The notes beneath the pieces are model-generated. The model was given only the letters and a program-made list of their open reading frames with translations. It was not told where the DNA came from and ran no database searches. The position numbers and the translations under genes are program-made. A stretch of 64,000 nt of DNA from Hyaloraphidium curvatum SAG 235-1 (taxonomy: Eukaryota > Fungi > Monoblepharomycota): NCBI GenBank assembly GCA_025558095.1, contig JAIVFI010000025.1, positions 589,717 through 653,716 on the forward strand, written 5' to 3'. Positions 53,752 through 64,000 of the stretch are shown here, in pieces (within the stretch, counting starts at the first letter, position 1; each line of letters starts with the position of its first letter).

Positions 53752-54416
53752 CGCGGCGCGGGGCCGGCGGCCGGGAAAGAAAGAGGAAGAGACGATGCGG
53801 CGGACGACGGGGCGGAAGAGGGAAAGAGGTGGGCGCAGGGGTGCCAGCGTGGACGCGGAGTTGTGTTGACCCGCGAACCGACTCGAGGTAGCGCGATGCC
53901 CGGTCCATTGGCGCACTCGTGTTATGTCCAGCCCAGATGCGTACAATGAGCCGCGTTATCCGGCTTACGCCAGGCGTCGTCATCGTCATCCGAGAGGATC
54001 CTGGGCGCACGTTATCTGTGGAGACGCCTCCCTCGTCGCGATTCTTCTTCTTGCCATCTGTCCACCGCCACCGGGCGTGAAGATCGACGTCAGGCTGGAT
54101 GTTACACGTCGCCGGCGTTCGCGGACTTTCGTTAGATAAGAGGTGCCGCTTACATTCCCCGCGCCGTGGACGCGATGATCGCGTTGGCGGTCCGCGCCGA
54201 CAGGGAGGGGGCAAGGGCGCCCATCCCGAGAAAGGGGTGCATTCATCCCTTTCCAGGATCGTCTCGTCCATATTTGCCCATACCGTGCCGGACCGTCCCG
54301 GCGGGGATGGCGCGATCGCGCTGACGGCACGCTGCACAGCCCCGACAACCTGCCGCCTCCCCGGCAACCTCCTCCGCTCCCCTGAAACCGCCCCCATCCC
54401 GCGCCGTGGAAACGCG

Positions 54417-55115
54417 ATGCCCGGCACCGCCGTGATCTTCGGCCACGGCCCCGGCATCTCCCACGCCGTCGCGCGCGCGCTCGGCCGGCGCGGGCACCCC
54501 GTCGCGCTCGTCGCCCGCTCCGAGACCCGGCTGGCCGAGGCCGCCGAGGGGCTGAGGAAGGAGGGCATCGCGGCGGCGCACTTTGCCGCCGATCTGGCGG
54601 ATCCGACGCAGGTGGTGGCGGCGCTGAGGAAGGCCAGGGAGGCGCTGGGGCCCGTGGAGGTGCTGCACTGGAACGGCGTCGCGAGGGGGGCGCCCGACCT
54701 GCTCGCCGCGCCGCTGGCGGAGCTCCATTCCGCGCTGGACATTGCGGCGCTGGCGGTGCTCCCCGCCGTGCAGGAGGCGCTGCCCGATTTGAAGGCGGCG
54801 AGGGGCGCCGTGCTCCTGACCAACGGCGGCTTCGGCCTCCCCGTGGACGCGCTGGACAGGGCGGCGGCGGACAACGGGCGGATGGGTAACGCGCTGGGGA
54901 ACGCGGTCAAGCACAAGATGGCGAGGGTGCTCCATTACAGGCTGAAGAAGGAGGGGGTGTACGCGGGGGAGGTGATGGTCATGGGGGCGGTCAAGGGGAC
55001 GGTGTTCGACGACGGGAGCGCAAAGATAAGCCCGGACGAGGTGGCGGGCAAGTTCTTGGAGCTGCTGGAGGGGAGGAACGTGGCGTCGGTGCAGTTTCCC
55101 CAGGTCAAGCTCTGA
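54417..55115 (+). CDS. Short-chain dehydrogenase/reductase of bacterial-like type, intronless
   Basis: IFGHGPGIS, VALVARS, ADLAD, VLLTNGG, GVYAGEVMVMGAVKGT; ends VKL. Confidence 0.88.
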   Translation: MPGTAVIFGHGPGISHAVARALGRRGHPVALVARSETRLAEAAEGLRKEGIAAAHFAADLADPTQVVAALRKAREALGPVEVLHWNGVARGAPDLLAAPLAELHSALDIAALAVLPAVQEALPDLKAARGAVLLTNGGFGLPVDALDRAAADNGRMGNALGNAVKHKMARVLHYRLKKEGVYAGEVMVMGAVKGTVFDDGSAKISPDEVAGKFLELLEGRNVASVQFPQVKL

Positions 55116-55669
55116 TGGGGTGGCCTGGGGATGAGCCTTGAACCCGGCGCGGTCTTCGGAACCTTGCCTCGACATTCGATAGATGGACGTCGTTACAGTG
55201 TTGTTTCGGCACGCTTCGACCGCCTTCGGTCCGAGAGATCTGGTCGGGGACAGCGGTCCCCAACCGCCGAGCGCGACCAATAACAGTCCTCGCTCCGAAG
55301 CCCTGCCGACCCCCGCCTTTCCGTGAGCAGTCCCCGCCCGTTTGGGGTGCTTCGTTGTGTTTTCCGTGCGCCGCGGGGCCGGCGTGCCCGGACGAGGCCG
55401 GGGGAGCGCGGGCCGGGGCCGGAATGCTGGGCGGACCGTCGGGCACGCGCGGGGACCTGGCGCGCTCGGATGGCCGCGGGGCGGCGGCTGCGGGCGGGGA
55501 CGCCGTGCACGGGAGTGGCGCGGGCACCTGCTGGCCGGCAGCGGCGAATCCGGGCCCTGGAGGTGGTGTTTGGACTGCCCGCGGACCGCCCGGAGCTCCC
55601 CCGGCCCCACTCGCCGACGGCTCCCCTCCCTCGCCCCTCTCCCGCTCACGCTCCATCCCCCTCCAGGCC

Positions 55670-56335
55670 ATGTCCCTCCAGCCCTCCTCCGCCAACTCCC
55701 CCCGCCCGCCCCGCCCCGCCAAACCCGCAGACCCCGCCTCGGTCACCAAGCTCCTCAACCGCGAGCTGATGCACCTCCTGGCCACCCCTCCCCCCGGCAT
55801 CTCGGCGTTCCCCAAGGACCCGGACTCGCTGTTCGTGTGGTCGGCAACGGTCGCGGGGCCGCCAGAGAGTCCCTACGAGGGGCTGGATCTCAGGCTGGAG
55901 ATGCGGTTCCCGGGGACGTACCCGATCAAGGCGCCCGAGGTGGCCTTCCAGCGCGGGGTGTGGCACCCGAACGGTGGGTTGCGCGCCCGGCATTGCGGCC
56001 GGCCTGCCCCGTGGCACGGCGCGGGCTGACCCCCCCCGCCGCGCGCAAGTGAGCCTCGACGGCGCCATCTGCCTCGACATACTCAAGGACAAGTGGTCCG
56101 CCGTCTACAACGCCGAGAAGGTGCTCATCTCCATCCAGGCCATGCTCGCCGGTGCGTCCCCCCGCTCCGGGCCCCGCCCCCCCGTCCCCGCTGACGACGC
56201 CCGGGTGCAGAACCCAACAACGACTCGCCGCTCAACCCCGATGCCGCCGCGCTGTGGGACCGGGACAGGGGGGGGGAGGAGACGCGGAGGATGGTGCGGA
56301 GGAAGCTGGAGGAGGCGGAGAGGGGGGGCAAGTGA
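55670..56335 (+). CDS. UBE2C: Ubiquitin-conjugating enzyme E2 C (Ubc11/UbcH10-like), 2 introns
   Basis: [50 protein letters not shown]. Confidence 0.9.
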
Positions 56336-56627
56336 GGAGCTTGTGAGGGTTGCGGAGGGCAAGCGGGGGCGCGCGGGCCGGGTGCGGGGCAGGGTGTCGG
56401 TGCGGGTTGGTAGGGAAGGCCGCGGGCGGCGGGGATGTGGGAGGGTAGACGGACTTTCGCACCGCGCCCATCGAGGCCGGGTGTCCCGCACCGTTCGGTC
56501 GGTCCAACGAATGGACGCACCCCGTTCGGCTGCATGCGGAACAACAGAGGTGCAACTTTGACTGCAGGGAAGCCGCATACAAGGTCAAGCAGCGGAGAAC
56601 GAACGCCCCGCAAGTCCAAGAAGCCTC

Positions 56628-58111
56628 CTAGACCCTCATGATCTCGTTCGTTTTCTCCTCATGGATCTTGCCAATCAAGTCGTTGATCCGGTCGACCAAT
56701 GTGTTCATCCTCTGGAGCGTGTAGTCCGCGATCAAGTGCAGCCGGGGGGCAGGCGGGCGAGCTCGCGCCGGTGGTCCGCGACGAGCCTGTCGAGGGCGCG
56801 CTCGAAATCCTTCTATCCCCGAACCCATCTAAGCACATGGATGATCCCGCCCCCTCCGCGCCGATCCGAACGGTGCCCCGTTTTCCGCTTTCCCGCCCCC
56901 GCCCGGCCTACCAGTGGTCCGCCACGTCCACGAACCGCCTGTTCTCCTCGTCCCACGCGTTCCACCCGAACGACCCCAGGAACTCGCGCACGGTGATCCG
57001 CGGGACGGCGTCGAACAGCGCGCCGGCGGAAAAGTGGCACTCGGCGAGGTGGTAGCACTGCGCGTGCGGGGGGTCCGGCGGCGGTGTAAGTCAGCCGGCG
57101 GGCGGGGAAGCGGGCGGGGGGCACGAACGGGAACGCGGGTGTTCAAATGGTGGATGTGGTGGTACTCGATCCCGTTGGTCGCCCAGCTCAGCCACCACGG
57201 TATGGGGAGGTAGCTGCTCCCCAGCATCCCGCTGCCGTACTTGCTCCAGTCCCCGCCCCTCCTCCTGTACGCGCCTTCGAAGGTGTGCTCGATGTGGGTG
57301 ATCAGAACGCCGGCGACGTAGACGAGCCAGGCGGTGCCGTGGTCGAAGGCCACCCCACGCCAGCCGATGGTGTGGAAGACGGAGAGGGCCCAGAGGGTCT
57401 GGAGGGAGAGCTCGAGCCAGGTGGCGTAGATGTGCTGCGTCCAGACAAAGAGGAGGTACGGGACGACGGTGAAGTAGAGGTACCTGTTGTAGAAGGCGGC
57501 GTACGCGATCCTGGGGCGGGGCGGGAAGGACCGTCAGCGCCAAGGGAAGCCCCGTGCCCCGAGGAGCAACCCCACTTCTGCCACCTGGGCTTCTTCTTCC
57601 ACTCCTGCAGCGTCCAGCTCGCCGTCTGCCCGTTCAGGCTCTCGTCCATGTTGTTTGCGATGGCGTGGTGCCGCGTCTGGTGCCCGTCCCGCCACAGCTC
57701 GAACGGCGACCACACCGCCGCCCCCAGCAGCGTGCCGAGGACGTAGTTGGCCGCGCGCGAGGGGAAGAAGCTCAGGTGGGCGACGTCGTGGAAGATGACG
57801 AAGAGCCGCAGGCGCACGAGGGCAAAGAGCGGCCAGGCGTACACGGGGAGCGCGTGGCAGTGGTAGAGGCCGAGGAGGAAGGAGCCCAGGGTGGGGATGA
57901 GCCACAGCGCGGCGTTGTACCAGTCCGCGCGGGCGAACTTGGCGATGTGCGCGTAGACGAGCTCCTTGGGGGGGAGCGGCAGGCCCTCGGGGAGGTCGCC
58001 GTCGCGGGGCTGCGTGCGGCCGGTGGTCGTGGGCGGGTGTGTGGCGGCGGGCTTCGCGGCGGGGGCGTCGGAGGGCAAGGCCGCCGGGGTGCGCGTGCGG
58101 AGGATGGCCAT
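56628..58111 (-). CDS. Membrane fatty acid desaturase of bacterial Des (Bacillus delta5-like) type, with introns
   Basis: RLFVIFHDVAHLSFF, HQTRHH, HIEHTFE, NGIEYHHIHHLNTRVP/CYHL; no fused b5 domain. Confidence 0.9.
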
Positions 58112-59186
58112 CGCGGCGGGGGAGGGGGAAGCCGGAATCGGCGATGCTCCGACGCGCGGGCAAGCAAAAGACCCGGCATGGCTTCGAGCGCCGCGCACGG
58201 GCCGCCATCGCGCGCACGGGCCGGCCCGTTACGCCGGCGGAGTCGGGGAGAAGGGGGCGGGAAGCTGACGATTGCCCGGCGGCCCCCGTCCTTGCGCACT
58301 GGGAGCCTTTCCCGGACGCCGCCAGATGGCAATTCCGACTCATGGGGCTGCGATGGCGCGGCACCGCGGAGAAAGACGCGTCGCACGAGCGGGTACGCGT
58401 CCGGCTCTCGGGCCCGGGCGGCGGAGTTGGGCAAGGGACTATGCATCGGTAAAACAGCGGGCGACGTCCTGCAGGAACGAATCACGGCAGGGACAGTCGT
58501 TCACGTAAGTGGACGAGATTTCCAACATGGCGGTCGTCGAAGACGCTTTCGTTGGCGACAGAGGGTGTAGGAACCTAGCTCAGGAACGTCGCTCCGAGGA
58601 CATCCGCATACCAACACCACCGCACCCCTTGCGTCTGCAGTTATGTTGCTTCGATTTGCGCATGCATTTTCTTGTGCTCCGGGCCCCGTTCTCTGGGCGT
58701 GCCGAGGAGCTCCGCGAAATCAGGGGCGGGAGGATCAGATGAGCTTGGGGTTCGGAAGCGGCGACATCGAGAGCCTGTCATCCTGTTCTTGGGTAGTCTC
58801 TTAGGGCCAGGAGCGCGTCATCACGCCCAGAAGACACGTCCGGATAGGCGGACGGATTCGGATTTGGCGCAGGGGATCGTGGCCTGCGGCGCGGCGGGAC
58901 CGACAGCCCGGTCGTTCGTTGCATCCCGCTGCACCGAAGCAGCCCCGGTGCAGCGCGTTTCCTCTTCCGACCAAACTCCGAGCCATGTATGTGCGTCGGG
59001 CTTGTCGGGGGTTGCGCGAGCCGTGTTCGGCGGGATCGCGGACGGCGATGGAGTCCCGAGGCTGGGGCTGCCGATCCCGATCCCCGGGCCCAGGCGATTT
59101 GTCAGACCATCGCTCGTCCACCGGACGCCAATCGCCTTGAATCGCCGCGCTCCCTCCTCCAACCGCCGCCCGGGCCTCCAGCCAGA

Positions 59187-60740
59187 ATGTCGTTCAGGAC
59201 GTGGTCGGCGTTCGACAAGACGGCGGTGCTCAAACCGCACAGCTACGTGCCGCGCCCGCTCGGGGAGATGGACGTGGAGATCAAGATCACGCACTGCGGG
59301 GTGGGTTGAGCGGGGGAGGGACCGCGCTGGAGACGCCGGGAAGGGCGTGGGAAGGCCGCGGACGAAGGCGCTGTGGGCGTCGGCGGCGGCGTCCCGATTC
59401 GGATCCCACGGGCGGGTTGCAGCCGAGCGCGGCCTGCAGCGTGCAACCCGGCGGTCGTGTTGCCCGCCGGCGCTCCGCGTTCTTTCCTCGGTTTGAGGAC
59501 GAGGATTCGGAAGGCTTGCCGAGGAGGCCAACGTGGAATGCGATGCGCGACGGCATCCTGATCCCTCTTGCCCCCGTCGCTGACTCGTCTCCCCCTCCCA
59601 GGTGTGTGGCTCGGACATTCACACCATCGACTCCGGCTGGGGACCGACCAAGTACCCGTGCACCGTCGGGTCCGTTTCCTTCGCTCTGCTCCGACCCCCC
59701 CCGCACCCTTCTGATCGCCGCCCGCTTGTGACAGCCACGAGATCGTCGGCCACGTCGTCGCCGCCGGCCCCGCCGTCACGCAGCACAAGACCGGCGACCG
59801 CGTCGGCGTCGGCGCCAAGTCCAAGGCCTGCTGGCAGGCCGACTGCTTCGAATGCAGCAGCGGGATGGACCAGAACTGCCCCCGCGCGGTGGGCACCTAC
59901 CAGGGCGTCTACCCCGACGGCGCCGTCTCGCAGGGCGGGTACGCGGAGCGCGTGCGGACCGACGCGCGGCACGTGATCAGGATCCCGGACGGGGTCAAGA
60001 GCGAGCATGCCGCGCCGCTGCTCTGCGGCGGGGTGACCGTGTACGCCCCCCTCCGGCGCTACGGCGCGGGGCCGGGCAAGACCGTCGGCATCGTCGGGAT
60101 GGGCGGGATCGGCCACTTTGGCGTGCTGTTTGCCAAGGCCAAGGGCGCGCACACGATCGCCATCTCGTCGTCCGCCGCCAAGAAGGCCGACGCGCTCAAG
60201 CTCGGCGCGGACGACTACATCTCGACCGGCAAGGACTCGGAGGACGTGGCCAAGTGGCGCGGCAAGCTGGACTTCATAATCATCACCGCGTTGGTGTCCC
60301 GCGCGACCGCCTTCTCTCTGATCTGACGGTCGCTATCTCGCCAGCAACGTCCACGACGCGGCTTCTTTCGCCAAATACTTCTCGCTCCTCAAGACCCGCG
60401 GCGTGGCCGTCATGGTCGGCGGGCCCGAGGCGCCCCTGGAGGTCGGCCCCGGCCTGCTCATCTACGGCGAGAAGCAGCTCGGTGGGTCCCTCCCGCACCT
60501 CTACTTCCACGTGATCCTGACTCTGCCCTCCTACCTCCTTCCGCCGAAGTCGGCTCGGCCATCGGCCCCGTGACGGTGATCGAGGAAATGCTCGCCTTCA
60601 CGGCCGAGAAGAACATCCAGCCGTGGATCGAGGAGTTCCCGCTCAGCAAGTGCAACGAGGCCATCGACAAGGTCCGCAAGCTCGACATCAGGTTCAGGGC
60701 CGTGCTGACGGTCGACGAGGAGAGGGATTGGGAGAAGTAG
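59187..60740 (+). CDS. NADP-dependent zinc alcohol dehydrogenase (CAD/Adh6-like MDR), multi-exon; first intron 59301-59601
   Basis: CGVCGSDIH, GHEIVG, GDRVGVG, structural Cys cluster, GGYA, APLLCGGVTVY, GMGGIGH. Confidence 0.95.
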
Positions 60741-60837
60741 GCGCGGTGGGGCTGGCGCCGGCTTCAACTAGAGCGGCAATGTGAGCTTGCCCGAACGAAG
60801 AACAGATCGTGGTTTAGACACGAGAAGATACACACGC

Positions 60838-61677
60838 TCACCCCTGCCTGACGACCTCGAAGGGCCTGTCGTTAAAGAGCGCCGGCACCTGCGCCCTCGC
60901 CTTCTTTATCTCGTCCAGGTCGACGGTCGCCACCACCACCCCCTCCCCCTCACCGGCATCCGCCAGCACCTCACCCCACGGCCCGACAACCATCGAATGC
61001 CCGTACCTCGCCAGCGTCCCCCCCTCTGCCTCGCCGCACTGCGACGCCGCCACGACGAAGCACCCGTTCTCGATGGCCCTGGCGCGCAAAAGCTCGGCCC
61101 AGTGCGCGCGCCCCGTCGTGCGGGTGAACGCGGCGGGGACCATCAGAATCTCGGCGCCGGATTGCGCAAGGGCGCGGTACAGCTGCGGGAAGCGCAGGTC
61201 GTAGCAGATGGAGAGGCCCAGGGCGGCGAGGGGGGTCTGGGAGACGACGGCGTGCGCGCCCGGGGCGATGGTCGCCGATTCCTTGTAGCTCTCCCTGCCG
61301 CCGTCGAGGTCGACGTCGAAGAGGTGGATCTTGTCGTACCGCGCGCGAACGGCGCCGTCGGGGTCCAGCACGAAGGAGCGGTTGGCGGTGCGGCCGTCGG
61401 CGAGGCGGACGCCCAGGGAACCGACGGCGAGCCACACCCGGGCACGCTTGGCAGAGTCCTTCAGGAAGGCGAGCGCGTCGTGCGACTCCTCCGGCTGGGC
61501 GCAGACGTCCATTTTCCCGGCCCGCATGCCGTACCCGCCGCAGTATTCCGGCAGCGCGACAAGCTGAGCTCCCTGCGACGCGGCGGACGCGATGAGGCCG
61601 TCCAGGGCGCGGAGGTTCGCGGCCGTGTCGAGGCTCGCGCAGTGCTGGACGCAGGCGACGGTGAGACGGCGGGCCAT
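60838..61677 (-). CDS. Nitrilase-superfamily Nit1-like (deaminated glutathione amidase) protein, intronless
   Basis: LPEYC, YDKIHLFDV, GLSICYDLRFP, VPAAFT...TGRAHW, ARAIENG, YGHSMVVGPWG (E-K-C triad). Confidence 0.93.
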   Translation of the reverse strand: MARRLTVACVQHCASLDTAANLRALDGLIASAASQGAQLVALPEYCGGYGMRAGKMDVCAQPEESHDALAFLKDSAKRARVWLAVGSLGVRLADGRTANRSFVLDPDGAVRARYDKIHLFDVDLDGGRESYKESATIAPGAHAVVSQTPLAALGLSICYDLRFPQLYRALAQSGAEILMVPAAFTRTTGRAHWAELLRARAIENGCFVVAASQCGEAEGGTLARYGHSMVVGPWGEVLADAGEGEGVVVATVDLDEIKKARAQVPALFNDRPFEVVRQG

Positions 61678-62049
61678 CGCGGCCGGGGCGATAGCGGATG
61701 AGCGGGTGCGGGGGGAGGAGGGGCGATCGACGATCGCTGAGCAGGGGCCGCCGCCCAGGACGACCGGCGGCATCAGGGGTCTCCTTGAAATCCGTCGACT
61801 TCACCGTCGGGTGCTCAGCTGCCGCTGCGTTGCGTCCAGGCAGGAACCAGGAGCCGTGGGGTGGTCCCTGATGGACCACCTGGGAATATGCCCGACGACG
61901 CTGCAATCCGAGGCTCCAGTGAAGAGATCGGAATTGAGTAAACTGAGAATCTCTGTTCGAAAGCATACAGAACGTCCTTCGGGTGCCATTGGTGGGTAGC
62001 GCATCGATCGTTGAAAGCACGTGAACGCTCCCCTTCGCCCCGCCGACTC

Positions 62050-62310
62050 GTCCAAACCACACCGTACCCGCCTCCGACCTCAAAATCGCCACCTGGCGGC
62101 TCCGCGAATGGAAGTGAGCCGCGCCCGAGAGTAGCCCCCCGCGCCGAAAGCCCGCCGTCCGTCCCCGTCCGGCTCCCCGTTTCCGGCCAACCGGCTGCTT
62201 CGCCCCACTACAGCCGCAATCCTGGCGTCGCGCTCCGGCACTACCGGGAACGGCGGCGCCGGGGGAAGCGAAGGATTGCAGCCGAGGTGGGTGACGTGGC
62301 ACTCCGGGTC
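62050..62310 (-). repeat. Repeat family A, fourth copy (inverted)
   Basis: Minus strand AGTGCCACGTCA (plus 62292-62303), then CCGGCGCCGCC, GGTAGTGCCGG, GGGGAGCCGGACGGGG and GCTACTCT...GCTCACTT, collinear with the copy at 4335. Confidence 0.75.
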
Positions 62311-62574
62311 TCGCGGTTTCTGCTGTCCGGTTGCGTCCGAGAGCCGGGCGGGGAGACGAGGGCGATACACTGGGACATCCGCTGCAGATGGAGAGGCAAA
62401 CGGTGCGCAAGGGGCGCCAGTGGGGCCGCGGTGAGGAGGGTGGTCGGGGTCGCTGTGGGAATCATCACTCGACGTCCTCGACCGGGTCAACCGACGTCAA
62501 CAGCTCCCGCAAGCATCGAGATCATACGATCTAGCCCTTGATTCAGACCCTGTCAATCGCAGGCGGCCAATGAA

Positions 62575-63590
62575 TCAGAGCTTCAGCTTGCCGACTTTGA
62601 TCACGACCCCCTGCCCACGACCGAGCGGCACCCCGCCCCCTGTCTCGGCCTCCACCGCCACCGAGATCTTCCTCGGCTCGTCCTTGATCCGGCGCGAAAC
62701 GAACCGCACCCAGCCCGACGAAAGCACGGCGGGCTCGAACTCGAAGGCGAGCGTGCCGGTGAACACCATGTGGTGCTGCGGGTCGGCGTACCCGTCGAAG
62801 CACGCCGAGGTGCTGTGCGGGACGTACGGCTTGTCACAAAGAGCGCTTCCGGCGCCGCCGGATGGGGAACCCACTCGGCCATCAGGTACAGCGCCACCGG
62901 CAGCGCGTCGCTTTCCACCTCGAACAGGAACTCCCGCTTTCCGTCGAACAGCGTGCGCGTCCAGTGCCGCAATCTGTCCCGGGCGTCGCCGCCGAAGTTG
63001 GGGTACGACATCAGGCGGCCCCAGACGGCGTCCAGCAGGGGGGAGGGCGGGTCGCCGCGCGCGAGGGCGGCGGACACGTGCGCGGGGGCGGGTTCGCGGA
63101 TGAGGCGGAGAATCTGCGAGTCCCAGGTTGCCGTGGCGGTGACCAGGGGGGTTCCGGAGGCGGGGTCGACGATCGCGGCCTCGGTGTCGACCTCGTCCCC
63201 ACGCAGCGCCGTGACGCGTCCCGAGCATTTGACCCACGCCGGCACGGGGACGCCGGCCTTGTAGGACACCTCGATCCTCGCCAGCCGCCTCCCGCCCACG
63301 AGATCGCGCATCGTCTCGGCGAGCACGACCATCGACGCGGCGCCCTGCAGCACCATCTCCCCCTTCCCGGCGGACTTGCCGCCCGACGTCGCCTCGCCGC
63401 ACAAAATGGCGGCGTCGACCGCCCCGTCGAACACGCGCGAGACGTGCCGCGAGAAGAGCTGCGCGCCGCGGCTGCCGTGGGAGTAGTGGCCCGCGCCGGC
63501 GGGCGACGAGAGGTCGATGTCGAGGAGGGCGGCGCCCGGTGCGGGGGCGAGGAGCGCGCGGACCCACAGTGGTAGCGTTTCGTCAGACAT
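62575..63590 (-). CDS. Double hotdog-fold thioesterase-like protein, paralogue of 2998-4048; intron 62813-62874
   Basis: MSDETLPLWVRALLAPAPGA...LQGAASMVVLAETMRDLVGG...LYLMAD/TSACF...VFTGTLAFEFEP; ends GKLKL. Confidence 0.75.
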
Positions 63591-63719
63591 GGGGGGGCGT
63601 TGAGGGTGGGAGACACACGACGGGCGATATCTCCCTCGGAACGGGCAGCCCCAGCCACGCGAAGGCCGCCCGCCCAATCGCGCCGAGCCAAGCATCCGCA
63701 CGGATACGCGTCGCCGACT

Positions 63720-64000
63720 CACCTCAGCGGTAGAATCCCAACGGATAGCTCGTGCGTGCCAAGGCAGGGCAGGGCAGGGGAACCTTAGGGATGGCCGCGG
63801 CACGGGCTCCGAGGTCCCAGATCTCGTGCCCGGCCCACGGTCCGGCCCAGCCGTTCCCATTGCGCAATCGTCAAGTCGCTGAGGCCCGTTCGGGATCCGT
63901 GGCAAGCACGGGGCGGGGATTCAGCGTAAGGGGACTCGAACGGACCATACCCGAAGCTTGGTCCGTCGCCACGCTTGCGCTCCCCGCCCGGTGGCCACTG
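63720..64000 (-). repeat. Repeat family B unit (inverted), running off the window end
   Basis: The reverse complement reads GGCCACCGGGCGGGGAGCGC...ACCAAGCT...ATGGTCCG...GCCCCGTGCTTGC...GCACGCACGAGCTATCCG, collinear with 5423-5670. Confidence 0.75.

Noticed and set aside
1-64000. Bacterial origin or operon-style interpretation of the window
   Set aside because: Spliceosomal introns in most genes and eukaryote-specific genes (UBE2C, NF-X1/R3H, F-box) rule it out.

Overview
This is GC-rich eukaryotic DNA, not prokaryotic. Most genes carry short (about 50-65 nt) GT-AG introns with CTGAC-like branch sites. Gene content (ACB1, UBE2C, a ZrfC-type ZIP, an NF-X1/R3H protein, PQ-loop, DUF1003, HELLH zincins) fits an early-diverging zoosporic fungus; a Monoblepharidomycete such as Hyaloraphidium is my unverified guess. 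About 33 host genes can be modelled, many in lipid, CoA or redox metabolism. One decayed CRE-like non-LTR retrotransposon (RT plus restriction-like endonuclease) lies at about 7.6-11.6 kb. Main unexplained structure: (1) a head-to-head pair of remote paralogues at 48.5-50.5 kb sharing an unnamed domain and both intron positions; (2) an inverted ~1.6-kb duplication of a double-hotdog thioesterase locus at the two window ends, tied to two families of degenerate non-coding repeats; (3) a candidate GR/DUF3537-like 7TM ion channel; (4) seven proteins ending in PTS1-like tripeptides, including non-canonical LKL and VKL; (5) a possible CUG-initiated mitochondrial extension on a peroxisomal NUDT19. 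No rRNA, tRNA or CRISPR was found. All family calls come from motifs read by eye; no searches were run.
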